Under the pieces are notes generated by a model that ran no database searches, was not told the DNA's origin, and saw only the letters and a list, made by a program, of their open reading frames with translations. A DNA stretch of 63,857 nucleotides, the filler included, from Reticulomyxa filosa (lineage: Eukaryota > Protista > Foraminifera): assembly GCA_000512085.1 (NCBI GenBank). It is 21 parts of 21 records of this genome, joined end to end, with 100 filler letters (N's around TTAATTAATTAA, not from the genome) between each part and the next. Parts side by side here need not be neighbours in the genome. Positions count along the whole stretch, not along the records: positions 1 to 5,732 come from ASPP01022630.1; positions 5,833 to 6,832 come from ASPP01043940.1; positions 6,933 to 16,140 come from ASPP01023530.1; 18 more parts are not named here. The stretch is one strand, 5' to 3'. Shown here piece after piece: positions 1 through 13,115 of this stretch; position 1 is the stretch's first letter; each line of letters opens with the position of its first letter. The position numbers and the translations under genes are program-made.

Positions 1-2597
1 TGGTCAAAACAGTATAATGATATTTTAGACTCAATAATTGATTACTAGACGATGTCATAATCTAATTCAACCAATATGTAAATTGTTGTTGTGTGGTGAC
101 ATTTGGATTGACGACGATGACATTTGGGAATCTTGCTGTCGATGTGCATGTACTGTGCAAAGTATATTTTCTACTGCAGAATAGTGATATTGATGTTAAT
201 GCGAGACACTGTATGTATTATCTGAACATTCGCAAATACGAATCGAATCTATTATAGACTTTATGTATCTTAGAACAAGTCCATTTCTACTGATAGAATG
301 CAGTATATCCTTTTGGCTGAATATTTTGAACGTGCAGCATTTGTTTCTAATTGTTGTGCGCATGTCGCGAATATTGTCAGCTTGAATGAATGTTTCGACA
401 AGCTCTTTCCTGGTTTTGTCTGCAGATTTGTCTCAATGTTCCAACGCCCCTTTCTTGAGTTTCTTCAACTTTCGATGAACTAAGCGAAAGTCTTTTAGAT
501 TTCATCAAGAGTTTTCATTGTAAGAGCTACAGTAATGAGCGTACTTCATTTTCAATTTGATCAGTTGTTTGTAATATCTGCATCAATATACCAAATGCCT
601 TTTGTTACAAAGCACCTGATTCAAAAAAAATTCAATTAAAACATCAAAAAAAAAAAAAATACACTAAAGTTATGTTGTAAAACATTATGTTTTAATCGAT
701 CAATTGCCAACATTTATCAAATTAATTTTATCATTTTTTTCAATTCTTGCGATATACGACGTCCAAAGGCAAAAAATTTTGTATATTCCACTTGTATTCA
801 CGACAGAAACTGATGTTTGTTCGAATTAAGAATCATAGTCTTCAAATTGAAGAATTTTCTTTTGGGTCATAATCTTCATGGTCTTCTTTGTAGTCTTCAT
901 ACGTACAATCTTTTTTTTCTTTTTGAAAGTCCGTCATGAAACTCGGCAGACTGATAACTATGTTTTGTGTATAATGACTATATATGCACTAGTAGCTTAG
1001 CGACTGCTTTGTTATAACTGTTATAAAACTTTTTCGATTTGTTGGTACATATATACAATTTATCTATAGACTGCATAAACTTTGTAAAGCTTTGTTCGCA
1101 TAATACAATTTTTTAGTCCAATTTTGTCAACATTTTTTCTATTAAAAAAAAATACATATATACATATGTATGATATGTACATATTCTTTTTGAAAAGTTT
1201 TGAAAAATGTAAAAAAAAAATTAGTACTTTTTTTTTTGCTTCTTATGAAAGTATTTGTATTGAACTTTGATTTGAACCAATTGCTGATGATTGGTTTATC
1301 CTTCGTCAATAAACAATTGTTTGAATCGATCAGTCAACTTGGAAATAATGAAAAAGATTTCTATTTCCAATTAGTCATCATCTTCGTCTTTGCTTTTGTG
1401 CAAATGTCGTTGCGACAAATTATGTTTCTGCTCGATACTAATTTATTCGGAGGTAAAGTCATAGTTTTTGTTGGAGACATCATTTTCTTTACCAATTGAC
1501 ACATTGACCGCTTCGAATCAGGATGACTTGTCTTAAAGTTTATGTCCAGTTGACTATTTGTCGGGCGCAAAGCACTTGGATTTATCTTATGTGTCGACAG
1601 ATACAGACAATGTCGCGGGCTCAAATTGCGGTGTTTTATCTTCTTGCTCTTGCGATATTGACAATGTGACACTGTAGAATCTTTCATCTATTTTCTTTCC
1701 TTGAGAAAGGGATATCACTTGTGGTCAACTTGTCTTCTTTGTCATTTGTGTTGCATTTGATGTGGTTATGTGCATGACATACATATTACTTTCACAACTT
1801 AGTACCAACAGCAAAAAAAAAATTCCAATTTTGGATAAGTATATCATTTACTTCCAAAAGAAAATGCATGTCTCTTCTTACTAGACGGACAACTTGCTTC
1901 TTTAAAAGGTGTAACAACATATTAGACTCATTCAGATTTCTCATCAGAGTTGAAGGATGACTGCTTATCTTCCAGATCCAATACTGTTAACATCTTCACA
2001 ATTTCGAACAAATTCTCACGTGCATCCACTACAATTTTTATTTTTTTTTAAAGTACCTAATCGATTCAAATGTTTTTGTAATAATTTTGCATAAATACAT
2101 ATATTATACTTATTGTATGTATAAAAATCTGAAATGAAATATAACTTAACGAAGTTGTTCTATGCTCGCTTGAGTTTTATGCAATGTTGATGCCTTTGGT
2201 CCTTACTTTCGTTCGTCTGCACTGCAGTATCGTGAAGAGATTGTGTGCGATTGCAGATGGCGATGTCATGATCATGAAGAATTAACTGTATAATGAGCTT
2301 GACAAAAATTTATTGTTTCCAACTGGGCGGCCCCTTCGTAGAGCAGTTGTCGATAATAATCGATCAGTCGATAGTCTTACGCAAAAGATTGCTTTTTCTT
2401 GCCGCATTCACTGACTTAAATTTCTCTTCATCTATTAACTAGCCAAGTGCAATAGTCTTTAATGCCGGTTACACTAGTCACCGACATTGTTACATGTCAA
2501 CGTTTTTTTGCAATGCGACGAAAATTTGACAATTTGTGTGACAGTAATATTCGCTACACCACTGGTGGACGGACAAAGTGGTGTTGCCAAAGATGAT

Positions 2598-3414
2598 TTA
2601 TGACTTTTTGACTATCGCAACGGCGGTGATTCCAACCCAAGTCTTGCTAGTTCTACATGATAAAACGATTAGTCCGGAACGAACCCTGACATTGACAAAC
2701 ATTTTCATATAGCGATTTTTCTTAGTACGGTGTTTCGCAATTGGTTTCAATGTCATCTTCAAATTTGGTAAATGTTTATCCCCGTGAAAGTCGTAATCTT
2801 CCACACATTGATATTTCAATTCCTTGTTGCAACGTTCGCGGACTTGTTCGATTTTCAATTGGCTTATTTCAAATGATACTACTTCTTCTGTTAATCACCC
2901 ATCTTCAATATCATCACCTGATCCTCCTTTTCCATCAAATGATCCTGCATTCAATACTTCCAATACCATTGTTGCGTAACACCAATTCTGCTTCTTCTCC
3001 AATCCTGCAATATCCACTTCTTCGAGTGATATCTTTTCCACAATCAATCATCACTCGTCCGTTTTCATGTCTGCCGACTTGATCATCGCTTCATAACAAA
3101 AAATAACGTCCATTCTTCAATCCTATGTACAACTCGTTCTTTGGCAGTCTATCCAATCTGCTTATCAAATCGCTCATTCGCAATCCCACTGACAACGCTG
3201 AGTACAGAGAATAACTCGTTATCTTGTACTCGTGGATCAAGTGTGGCTGGCACACTGGCTCTGCTATCGCCACTAAGAAATCGTACGCGGTGTGCCAAAG
3301 AGGCGAAAAGGTTTCTGAAAATATATGCCCATCTGAACACACGCATAATGGTCCCTTCTCATGATCAGGCTTCAATATCAACTTGTTAAAGTTTCGAAAT
3401 GCATCCACTGTCAT
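2598..3414 (-). pseudogene. XPB: TFIIH helicase XPB (ERCC3/SSL2) pseudogene
   Basis: LKPDHEKGPLCVCSDGHIFSETFSPLWHTAYDFLVAIAEPVCQPHLIHEYKITSYSLYSALSVGL matches the XPB N-terminal domain. EDYDFHGDKHLPNLKMTLKP...KMFVNVRVRSGLIVLSCRTSKT matches EEYDF...[22 protein letters not shown] with Walker A destroyed. In-frame stops and internal deletion. Confidence 0.85.
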
Positions 3415-3789
3415 TTTTATTCAGATATTTATGGTAGCTAAGTTTGTCCTGATTCACAGTCCTCAGTCTATCCCGAGTTTCCAGTTTTTAACCAAATACA
3501 ACTGTTTCACATCTCTCTTCCTTTGCTAGTGCTCTATCAAGAAGATTTTTTTTTTATTGTATGCAAAGAGCGCGTTTACTGACTATTCAAAAAAATTATT
3601 TTTTTACATGTGATACTTTTATTATACCACAAATAATCAAATCAACACATTTTTTATTGGACCAAGTGATCGATTTCCTTTTTTTAAAAATTGGAAAAGA
3701 AAACGAAAGTTACACTAGTTTCACACAAAAACTGAAAACGTTAAGCTTTGAAGAGTTTTTAATTGTTCCTCATTTCTTGTATTGAAGAA

Positions 3790-5095
3790 ATGTTAGAGGT
3801 ACTAAATCCTTGGCAAATCTTTGCTATTTGCTGGACGATTGTGACATATCTTTTTGTCATCCCTTTCTTTTTGTTCGAGTTTTATCGATATTGGAAGCAA
3901 AAAGAAAATTTTTTTTTTGCTGGGAGGCACGCTCCACTTGCAATGGCATCATTTTCGGTTACCTTATCACAAAACGGAGGTACAAAAAAGAAGCTTAGAC
4001 ACAAGAGAAAAAACAACTTTTTTTTTTTTTTTTTTCCTTTGAAACAGGGCATATGTCCTACCATACATTAAAAAATGAGCAGAGGAGAGAAGGATACAAA
4101 TAAGCCAAATTCAACTGCTTTAAAAAAAAAAAAAAAAAAAGAAAGAAATTGATAATAACATACGAAATGCACAGTAACGTTTTGTGGAATATTATTGTGT
4201 AAGGTATTTGTGGGAACTTTTGATTTTTGGAAGATGACAGAGACATTCACCACAGCGATATTACTGTCTATTGCGTTCTTGCGATGTTGGCACGTATACT
4301 CAAAATACAGCTACATGAAGTATCGCGCAGAGCAATTGTGGGTCGAAAGTGTCACAGAAGCAGACAGTACTCCACCTTTTATTATACGTCATTATACTGT
4401 GCTCGGAGATATCAGGGTGACATGTAAAATTGTGGTGATCATATTCATCTTCGTATTGATCATATCTTTGTTAATTTTTTATTTATTTTCCTTTTTTTCC
4501 TCTCTTTTAACAAAAAAAAAAAAAGTACTATGTATACGTCAATCTGATACATACATATATGGACATACTATGTGCCAAGAGGGATTAATGTGCGACATTA
4601 TGTATGTGGGGGGGGGGGACGGGACGTACAACAACAACAAAAGATTGTTGTGGATGCAAAACAAGTTCTACGTCGATGCATTAATGTTTGGAATAGCATC
4701 GGTATTAGTATCATGTACGATATTTATAATAACAAAGATTTCAACGATTCATGATTTGATATCATTAAGAGAAGAAGCATTTCTGTACATGCTGTGTTTA
4801 ATAGCAGTGTTTATAATATACTTGGTATTGATCGTGCTGATAAACGTGAATCCCAAGCTCCATCAATTAAACTCAATAGTAGGGGGATTCGTGATACTGC
4901 GCTCACTGTGTTATTATGTGTTCCTATTAATTGGAACGACGTGGGTGTTGCATCAAAAGAAGCGACTGTATAGTGACACGGAAGAAATCTCGTTTACCAC
5001 AAATGATTCATTACTAACGAAAAGTCAGTTATCCAAACATAGTGATAACCAACTCAATTACCCATCCCTTGTGCCAGACAGTGGCAGTATCAAGG

Positions 5096-5152
<57 letters not shown>

Positions 5153-5732
5153 GTAATAGCAATAAAAATATAAACCAATTGGCCATGGCCATTACATATG
5201 GAAGTCAATCTTCTTCTTCTTGTCAAGACACATTGGACCATCCCGACGTCGACAAAAAGGACGACGCGGTCAAATTGACAGCAGCACCGATCATACAACA
5301 GCGTGGATATGGCAATGATGCTGCAGAATTGACAATCAGTCGCACGTCTGTCGACTATCAATCTCCATTGTACCTTTCGGATCGAGTCCGCTCTGTCTCG
5401 CCCGACCAGCAAGTGGAACATGTTCATAGCCAATTCACGACCACTGCTGCTACAACGACAGCAACAACAGCAACAATAACTACTACTATTACTACTACTA
5501 CTTTTACTAGTAATGACAATAGAATTTCTATTCCAAACAACAATAGCAATCATGACAACAAAGATAACAAGAGCGTGCGAAAGCTGTCCCAAGAAAATTC
5601 AAAGAAACATGCTGCAGACAACAGACAACCGCAGTCCCTTTTGAAACACAAGAAATTCGACCTCGACTTTGGCCAACATCAGATCAATCACAACGTCGTT
5701 TATTCCATTTTCGATTTTATTACCGACAAAGA
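3790..5732 (+). CDS. Multi-exon 7TM-like membrane protein, possibly 7TM-RGS type; 3' truncated
   Basis: About 7 hydrophobic segments over several exons; FFAGRHAPL after TM1; ISTIHDLISLREEAFL before TM6; long N/T/S-rich tail reaching the contig end. Confidence 0.6.
5096..5165 (+). repeat. (AAT)n coding microsatellite (poly-Asn)
   Basis: Direct tandem AAT run inside the 7TM ORF. Confidence 0.95.
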
Positions 5733-5832
5733 NNNNNNNNNNNNNNNNNNNNNNNNNNNNNNNNNNNNNNNNNNNNTTAATTAATTAANNNNNNNNNNNN
5801 NNNNNNNNNNNNNNNNNNNNNNNNNNNNNNNN
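5733..5832. other. Artificial contig spacer N44-TTAATTAATTAA-N44 (first of 20; others start at 6833, 16141, 18342, 26298, 28824, 30153, 32318, 33418, 35228, 38168, 39752, 41395, 42557, 46845, 55508, 56986, 58574, 60646, 62181)
   Basis: Identical 100-nt block each time; the core has stop codons in all six frames; ORFs are cut at these points. Confidence 0.98.
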
Positions 5833-6830
5833 TTTTTAAAAAAAATTTTTTTTTAAAAAAAAAAAAAAAAAAAAAAGTGCAAAAGGTGTTTGCCCAGACA
5901 CACACACACACGCACACACATGGAATGCAATAAACGTGAAAAATGAAAAATTATGCAAAACTCAATGCAAGACAAATGGAAGATGGCATAACATTTGGAA
6001 CAAGCCCAAATCTTGCTTTTCCGAAAAATTTGACGTTGACAAATCATGCAATCATAAGTTTCGTCGAGCATTTGCTTTGCCATGGTTTTTGCTCGACTTG
6101 ACAAGTTGATGTCATTTTCCAACATCGCCTCCTCTTGTTCTCTGCTGAGGTAGTGGTCATATTCTCTGGGACGATATCTCCCATCTCCTCGTCCTCTGCC
6201 CCCTTTTCGTCGGAATGAAGGTCCGTTTTTATTTTTGTTTTTGTATTCGTATTTGTTTTCGTATTTGTTTTCGTATTTGTTTTCGTATTTGTTTTCGTGT
6301 CCACGTTCATGTTGCTCGTGTTGTTCATGCTCGTATTCATTGTTATGTGAGACTTCATTTTCTTCATTGCTTTTTTTTTGTTGTGCTCGAGGTGGTCTGA
6401 TACTTTTGGTCGTTGTGGAATGATCGAAAGAAGCTGGGAAAAAAGATTGACTTGGACCGTCACTTCGCTGTTGAGACACTTCATTATTCGTTGTCGACGC
6501 TGTGTTGTCATTTATGCCCTCCATTGCTCTGCTTGTGTCTTCCATTATTGCCTTTGGCTGCTCTTGCTCTTCGCTCTTATTACTGTGCTTTGGCACATAC
6601 ATCACATTTGGCCGTGACTGGAACCTTCTCTCGTATTGACCTCCATTATTACCACGCCTTTGATGGTATTTGCCTGCGTTTTCTCTGTAATGATTGTCTG
6701 CTCTATGATAGCCTCCTCCTCTATCGTGCCTTTTTGGATGCGAAGAGTAACGTTGCTTTTCACTATATCTTTGTCTCTTTTCACTTTGATTGCTTTCTGT
6801 CATTTGTGAATAGGGTCGATTTTCTGTCAC
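5833..6830 (-). CDS. NF-X1-type zinc finger protein, N-terminal part (RG-rich region plus start of RING-like domain)
   Basis: YDCMICQRQIFRKSKIWACSKCYAIFHLSCI matches the NFX1/FAP1 pattern YECMIC...IWSC..C..IFHL.CI; includes a 12-bp (ENKY)n repeat at about 6240-6298. Confidence 0.8.
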
Positions 6831-8975
6831 ATNNNNNNNNNNNNNNNNNNNNNNNNNNNNNNNNNNNNNNNNNNNNTTAATTAATTAANNNNNNNNNNNN
6901 NNNNNNNNNNNNNNNNNNNNNNNNNNNNNNNNATCAAAAAAGAACAAATTGCATTGCGACTGAAAACCTATTGTAACACACAAGCATTATACAAAAAAAA
7001 AAAATATATAAACATACAAAAACATCTATTTATCCTTTCTGATAATGAGTTAGTTTCTACAGATTTTTTCTTTTTCTTTTTTTTTGTTGTGTGGATGATG
7101 TGTCAAAATATCGTAACGATGTTTGATTGAGGAGGAAATTATATGTCACAAAATACACAACATATAAATATATTTTTTAAAAAAGAAAAGATTAAACAAA
7201 CACGAAGCTATCCTTTCGAAGACATTGTGTCGTTCTACTACGTGTTATTTTTGTTCATCAACGTATTGCACTATATAAAAAGACTATCGTTTATAAAAAA
7301 ATAGACAAAAATAAACTTAGTTAAAAGTGTTTAGCTTCATTTTATCGTGGCAATATTCGCTGTGGCTATTGCCTTTATTAAACTCGAAACATCCGTCCAA
7401 CTCATTATCGCCGTCGTCATCAGATGCATTCAAGTGCAGACAACAATAACATACACGACTTTTTGCATATATAACATTTTTGTGTACACAGTCAAATATA
7501 TGTTATCATAATGTCAAATGTTTTTATACATTTTTTTAATATAAAAAAAAGTATGTACATATACTCATTTGTTTGTTTATACATATTATAATAATCAATA
7601 ACGTATATAACAAAAAAAAAGAACAATTTGTACCTGTTGGTGACTTTGACACATTGAAATTATACTATTATTTTGTAAATGACATTGTGAAATTGATGAT
7701 ATTTATCACTTTATAGAATATATTGTAGTCTTTAATGTGAGTTTATTGGAGTATTGAATCAGCTTCGGAAAGTGTTGTTGCTATGAGACTATACTTCTGG
7801 AATATCATTAGTATTTCAATCATTTACAATTTTTTAATTGTTTATGGCGAAACTATCTACAAACGAACTATACAAACTCTTCAATTGCTTATTGTTTTCG
7901 GCCACTCAATCATATTATATTTTTTGTTTGTATTCTTTACCATTCTTATCTAGAATGACTCTCAAAACACTTATTCATTTTGATGATAACTAATTTGAGC
8001 ATCGCTGCTTGCTTTCTACGTTAGCTAATGTGCTAATAGTCTATTATATGTTCCACAAGTCAAATGTAATCTTTAATTGTTGCACTAGCAAAATCACGAT
8101 CGAATTTCAACAAAATATCATAATTTCTTTTTTAGTGATAAGCTTTTGTTCATTGAATCCTCAAGTTTCTATCGTTATATCGATTTTGCGCTATGTCGTT
8201 CCTAAGTTATGCTGTTTCGTTTTTTTGACTTGAAATGTTTTATGTTATTTTTTTTGGAGGAAAAACTGACTGATTGATGAACAACTTATTGCTTATAGCA
8301 AGTATATGTGATGAAAAATGTATATATTAACGGCATATGTATTGATGAACAATTTATGTTGGATGAACAACGTATATGTAATGAAAAACTTATTGTGCTA
8401 ATTCAATAAATTCGCCTGAATTGACTGAACGTTCTTTTTGCATTGATATCTGTAAACAGTTATTTCAAACATGAATTTGCACATATACATATCGCAAACA
8501 CAAGTTATTCAATTCAAAAAAAAAAAGTATTATCTTCCTCCAAAAAAAATATATATTGCAATACTAGTAATGGACATAGACTGCGATTATATGATTCGCT
8601 TACTCTTGACCAGATCTCTGTTCGATTTAATCCATTTTTTCTTCATTACGACTGGCACAATGCTCTTTTTTTGGTTTGCCCATACTGCTTTGCTCACTGG
8701 TCACATCAGGACAATTTTACTCCTGTCATCCTCTGTGCTGCCCATTGCTCCTCTATCCAATTAATTTCAATCAACAACGAAGCTAATAAGATGGAGTCTT
8801 TGTTTGTTCAGAAATAAAAAAGGATACTTTTCTCCGTTCTTAATGCATACAATCTAAAATGTTCTTAGTTTCATATCGTTCAATTTTTTGAATGCTATTG
8901 AATTAAATTTGGCATATGTAAAATAGAAAAACATCATTTTTTTAGCACTTAAAAAAGAAAGTTTATAGTCATCTT

Positions 8976-10318
8976 CTAAAGTATTGATTTATTTTTGTTC
9001 CACATGCACACGCAAACACGAGAGTCATCACCCCCACTGGCCATTAAAGAAGCACCGAAAGTGTGTAGAACAGAGGCAGCCAAGCAAGTAACTTTTGAGG
9101 TATGTGGTGAAGAAATTTCAAAATGTCGGAAATGATGTCCGCACATGTGTAAGATCAACGTACAAAGGTGCCTACAGAGATCTGTTTTGACATGTAATTG
9201 TACACGATCAATGGAGTGTAAACATTGCATCAGAGCATCAATAAATACTTTGCTTTCGCAATAACGAATGATTTCAACCCCCAACAAAGAAGTAGTACGT
9301 TTGTCCTTCAATGAAAACACACAACAAAGATCGTTGACCCAACAAACATCCGTTATGCCTTCTTCACACGAAGGCCCGATTGCAGACAAATCAAGTTGCG
9401 ACAATTGTGTGCAATCATTTTGAAACTCATAAATACAACAATTGCCTTTTCCGTTGCCACCACACGCCAAATACTTATCATTTGGCGAAATGCAAATACG
9501 TCCAAACTTATTCCCGGCTTCTCCACAAATAGTTTGCAAATGTTTGTACTGCATATTGCTGTCACTCCCTGCACCACTGGCTCCAAACCTCAGAAATTGA
9601 ATTGTCCCTTCACCTGTCACAAACAAGCATTTGGATTTATCTTGGCACAAACGTGCGTCCGCCAATGCCGTTTGGCCACAGTCAATTGCTGCCAAACATT
9701 CACTTGTCCAGTAGTCAAATACGTAGAGTAGTGCACTTCCACTTCCACCACAACAAATGCGATTTGTACCGTCACTGAAAAATTCCACAAATTGAATGTG
9801 CCACTTGGCTTTGTTAATTCTCCTCCATGGATGCCGGGTACTTGCATTTCTCCCTGCAAACAGATAAATGCTTACCGTGTTATCTAGCCCTCCGCATGCT
9901 ACTAAGTCATTTCTTTTATGTAGATTAAGTGTGGTTACCCATTGACTGTTTATTATATTTTGCAAACAAAAAAAAAAATTTTGAGAATTGAAGGAAGATA
10001 ATATCGTCTTTTTTTCTTTTTTGGGATGAAAGGAGGGAAGGAGTACAAGGATGATGCATTCTTTAACCTTCTTAAAAAAATTGAATATGTTGGAAAATTG
10101 GATTCAGTATTCACTTTGTTTTCCAATATATCGTTCCTGTTAATGTCGTAAATGTAAAGTTTTCCATCTTCACTGACACTTGCAACTCGAATCTCCTCGT
10201 TGTTGTGCGGATTTAAGCACATGTCAACAGCACCTACTTTATTCGCATGATTGCGCAATGTCACTCGTTTGATATTCTCCTCAGTGAACGAAATGTCGTT
10301 CACAGCCAAATTTTCCAT
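8976..10318 (-). CDS. Divergent heterotrimeric G-protein beta-like WD40 protein (2 exons; intron 9946-10067)
   Basis: Splicing AG|gttaaag...aacag|T gives YSIFLRSQWVTT (G-beta HAIPLRSSWVMT). Also TLRNHANKV, VASVSEDGKLYIYD, LVACGGLDNTVSIY and C-terminal PHTSKVTCL...ASGGDDSRV. Confidence 0.8.
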
Positions 10319-10927
10319 GTTAAATCTGAAAATTGATCCACAACTTTTTTAAAAAGGCTTGAAATGGTTCAGAAATTCCAAGCCGGAACAAAATCAGTTT
10401 ACAAATGAGAATTAAAACCTTTCATTTAATAGTAATGTTTAAGATTTATGTCGAAGATGTAGTGTTTTGCAATTAACTAAGTTACTAAAACCAATTCGCA
10501 TTTAACAAAGACAATAATAATTTTAAAAATCTAAAAACATGTCCATCTAAACGGGAGACTGGTAGAGTTCCCAACACGCACAATAAAAGTTGATACATGA
10601 AAAAATCATGTTCGACCAGCGAAAAAAACCAAGTTGTTTTTTCAAATGGATTGTTAGTTTTGAAACATTGTTTATCTTATTTTTTTTGAAGGTTAATAAT
10701 TAATGAAGTAAAACAGAGAGAGGAAGCACAGGGAAAAAAAAATAAATAGCAAAGCAAATAACACCAACACTTTATTTCTTTTTTTTTTCTCTTGTCCTAC
10801 TAAATTAAAAAAGGAAGGGACTAAACCGATACGCAAACTTTACCTTTCTGATCGTGCAGGATCGGTTTGAAGATTGGAGTCTCCACCTCTTTCCTTTTTT
10901 TTTCTTCGATTTTCCTAATTTGGAGAT

Positions 10928-12370
10928 TCAAACAAAAAAAGAAGATGAGAAAATGGCAATGGAGAAAACAACAAGTTTAACTTTATCGATGTTGTCAAGC
11001 TCATCATTTTGGATTTCCAACATAGTATTTAATTTTTGGATTTCTTCTTCATACTCATTAATATCTCTATCAACTTTATCTTTTCCTGCCATCAAAGTGT
11101 TAATCTTGGCTTGTTGGGTTTGTAAAATGGAACGTTGTTGGTCACATTCCGTTATTTTGGCGTCGAGCATGGTCTTTTGAGTGTCGATTTCGGCTTTTAG
11201 GTTGTTAATCGTTTGTCTATCTGTTCGGATGATATCCTCCAACTCTCTAACTTTCTTTTGCAGCACTGGTGCACCTGCTGGATTGACAGAATTGGCATCG
11301 CTATTGGCATCTCCGTCTTCAGGTACTTTGGCTTCTTGTTGTCGTGAGAGTTTCAATAGCTCTTGGTTTATGTTGTTCATTTGTTTTACAAGCGCCTGGC
11401 GTTCGTTGTATAAGTTCTCGATCACCTTTTCCGCATTGTTCGAGTGCGTTCCATGAAACGATGGGATCCCATGACTCACGGATATTTCATTCAAAGCGTC
11501 TTTGTCTGTCCACATTTCAAATTAGAATTAATTTACTAGAGCCCCCAATTTTTTTTTTTTTTTAAAGTTCATTCCACTTGCTAAAAAAATAAAAAAATAA
11601 AATTACAAAACTGGTTCGAGCAAACTCAGGGGGCTCCTTTTTCTGATTGTGATAGGCAACATATTTTCCAATGCTCACTAACTTCAATAATATAATTACA
11701 AAGCCAATCGTCCATAGTCCTAATACTATCCAAGATCTCGTATATGCTGGTAAATCATGTTTTGTCTGTTCATCCTGTTATTAATTATTGTCATCATTGT
11801 CATTGTCGTGCACACTTTCAGAAAAGAAAAAAGGGAGGATCTTGTATAAAAAAACTTGTTTCAACTTTTTTAAAACTGTTTGCAAGCATGTATGTACATG
11901 GACTTAACGTGCAAAGTGAAACAATAAAAAGTGAAAATGAAAACAAAATAAATGCTCGTGATCCCGAAATTTTCGCTAACGATAGTGCTAATGATTTCGA
12001 AAAAATTCATGTATCCCTCTGTCCTCATGGCAACGGCTTCATTGAAAAAGTAATAGCACACTCCTGCGTTTGCCAAGTACACTACAAATGGCAAAAAAAT
12101 ACTCGCGACTTGGGACACGGTCGATGCCCCCTTGTCGTCGTCCAAGGCGGTCAAAAACCACATTATTCCCAAACATACCGACGTGAAGATGGCTACTCCA
12201 ATATTCATGTTTACTCGACCACCCGAAACCGCTCGAAATGCGCTCCCCGTATGCAAAGGCTTGTATGTATTTACCTTGCCACTCGACGGTAATTCTTCGG
12301 CTTGGTGGTACCTATTCGAGGTCCAAGCGTTCTCTTCATTCTGTGGAAATGTCATTATTCCTGATTCCAA
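10928..12370 (-). CDS. Multi-exon membrane protein with C-terminal coiled coil, unknown function (ends approximate)
   Basis: Three to four hydrophobic segments in 11650-12370, then a heptad-rich coiled-coil exon 10928-11515. Confidence 0.55.
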
Positions 12371-12837
12371 TGTCTCTTCTTCTGGATTTTCGTTTCCATT
12401 GTATACCGTGTAGTCTGTATGCGTGTGTGAACACAGTGTATTTTTCGCTTCGGCTGCCTACCACTCCTCAAATAAATTGGATTGCTATCGGAAAATTCGC
12501 ACCCTCTCTTGTCAAGTGCTTTTTTTTATTTTTTATTATGGAGATACTTGTTTTTCCATTTAGAAGTGCTTGTTGCATGGTGGTATCTGCCTCTAATATC
12601 ACTACTATAATCACAAATCTGCTGTATAGATGCTTTATGGAAGTTTACTCCTGTTGAGAACTGCTTTTTTTAACTTTCAATCAATATCATAAAATTTAAC
12701 AAGCGATCAACCGAATTGGACAGAACAAGTGGTGTGATATATTATATGAAACGAAAATGTGTTTGATACTAGAGTAAATATGTAGATGATCTTAGGCGAA
12801 CAAAATATCTATCAGTATCAGTCGAACACTATAAACA

Positions 12838-13115
12838 TTTGCAATTTTATTCGAAAAATTAACATTTAAAATTTTTTTAATGATGTACACTAGAGGATCT
12901 AAAAATATCTAAGTTTTTAATAAAAGTGTGGAAATGAGAAAATAGTTCATATTTTGTTTCTTTTTGAAAATTTTGATAAAATTAAAGCTAAAAGTTAACA
13001 ATTTTTCACATTGTATACACTTTTATTAAAAACTAATATATTTTTAGATTCTCAAGTGTGTATATCATTTTAAAAATTTTAAAAAATGTTCATTTTTAGT
13101 GAATAAAATTGCAAA
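12838..13115. mobile_element. Foldback / MITE-like long imperfect inverted repeat
   Basis: Left arm TTTGCAATTTTATTC...GATCTAAAAATAT...GTTTTTAATAAAAGTGT is the imperfect reverse complement of the right arm ACACTTTTATTAAAAACT...ATATTTTTAGAT...GAATAAAATTGCAAA; arms about 100 bp; non-coding. Confidence 0.65.

Noticed and set aside
1-2500. Coiled-coil-like minus-strand fragments
   Set aside because: Frequent stops and no recognisable family; no supportable call.
5029-5592. Antisense poly-Ile hydrophobic ORFs (also 31520-31907 and 59729-60112)
   Set aside because: Shadow frames of (AAT)n poly-Asn tracts.
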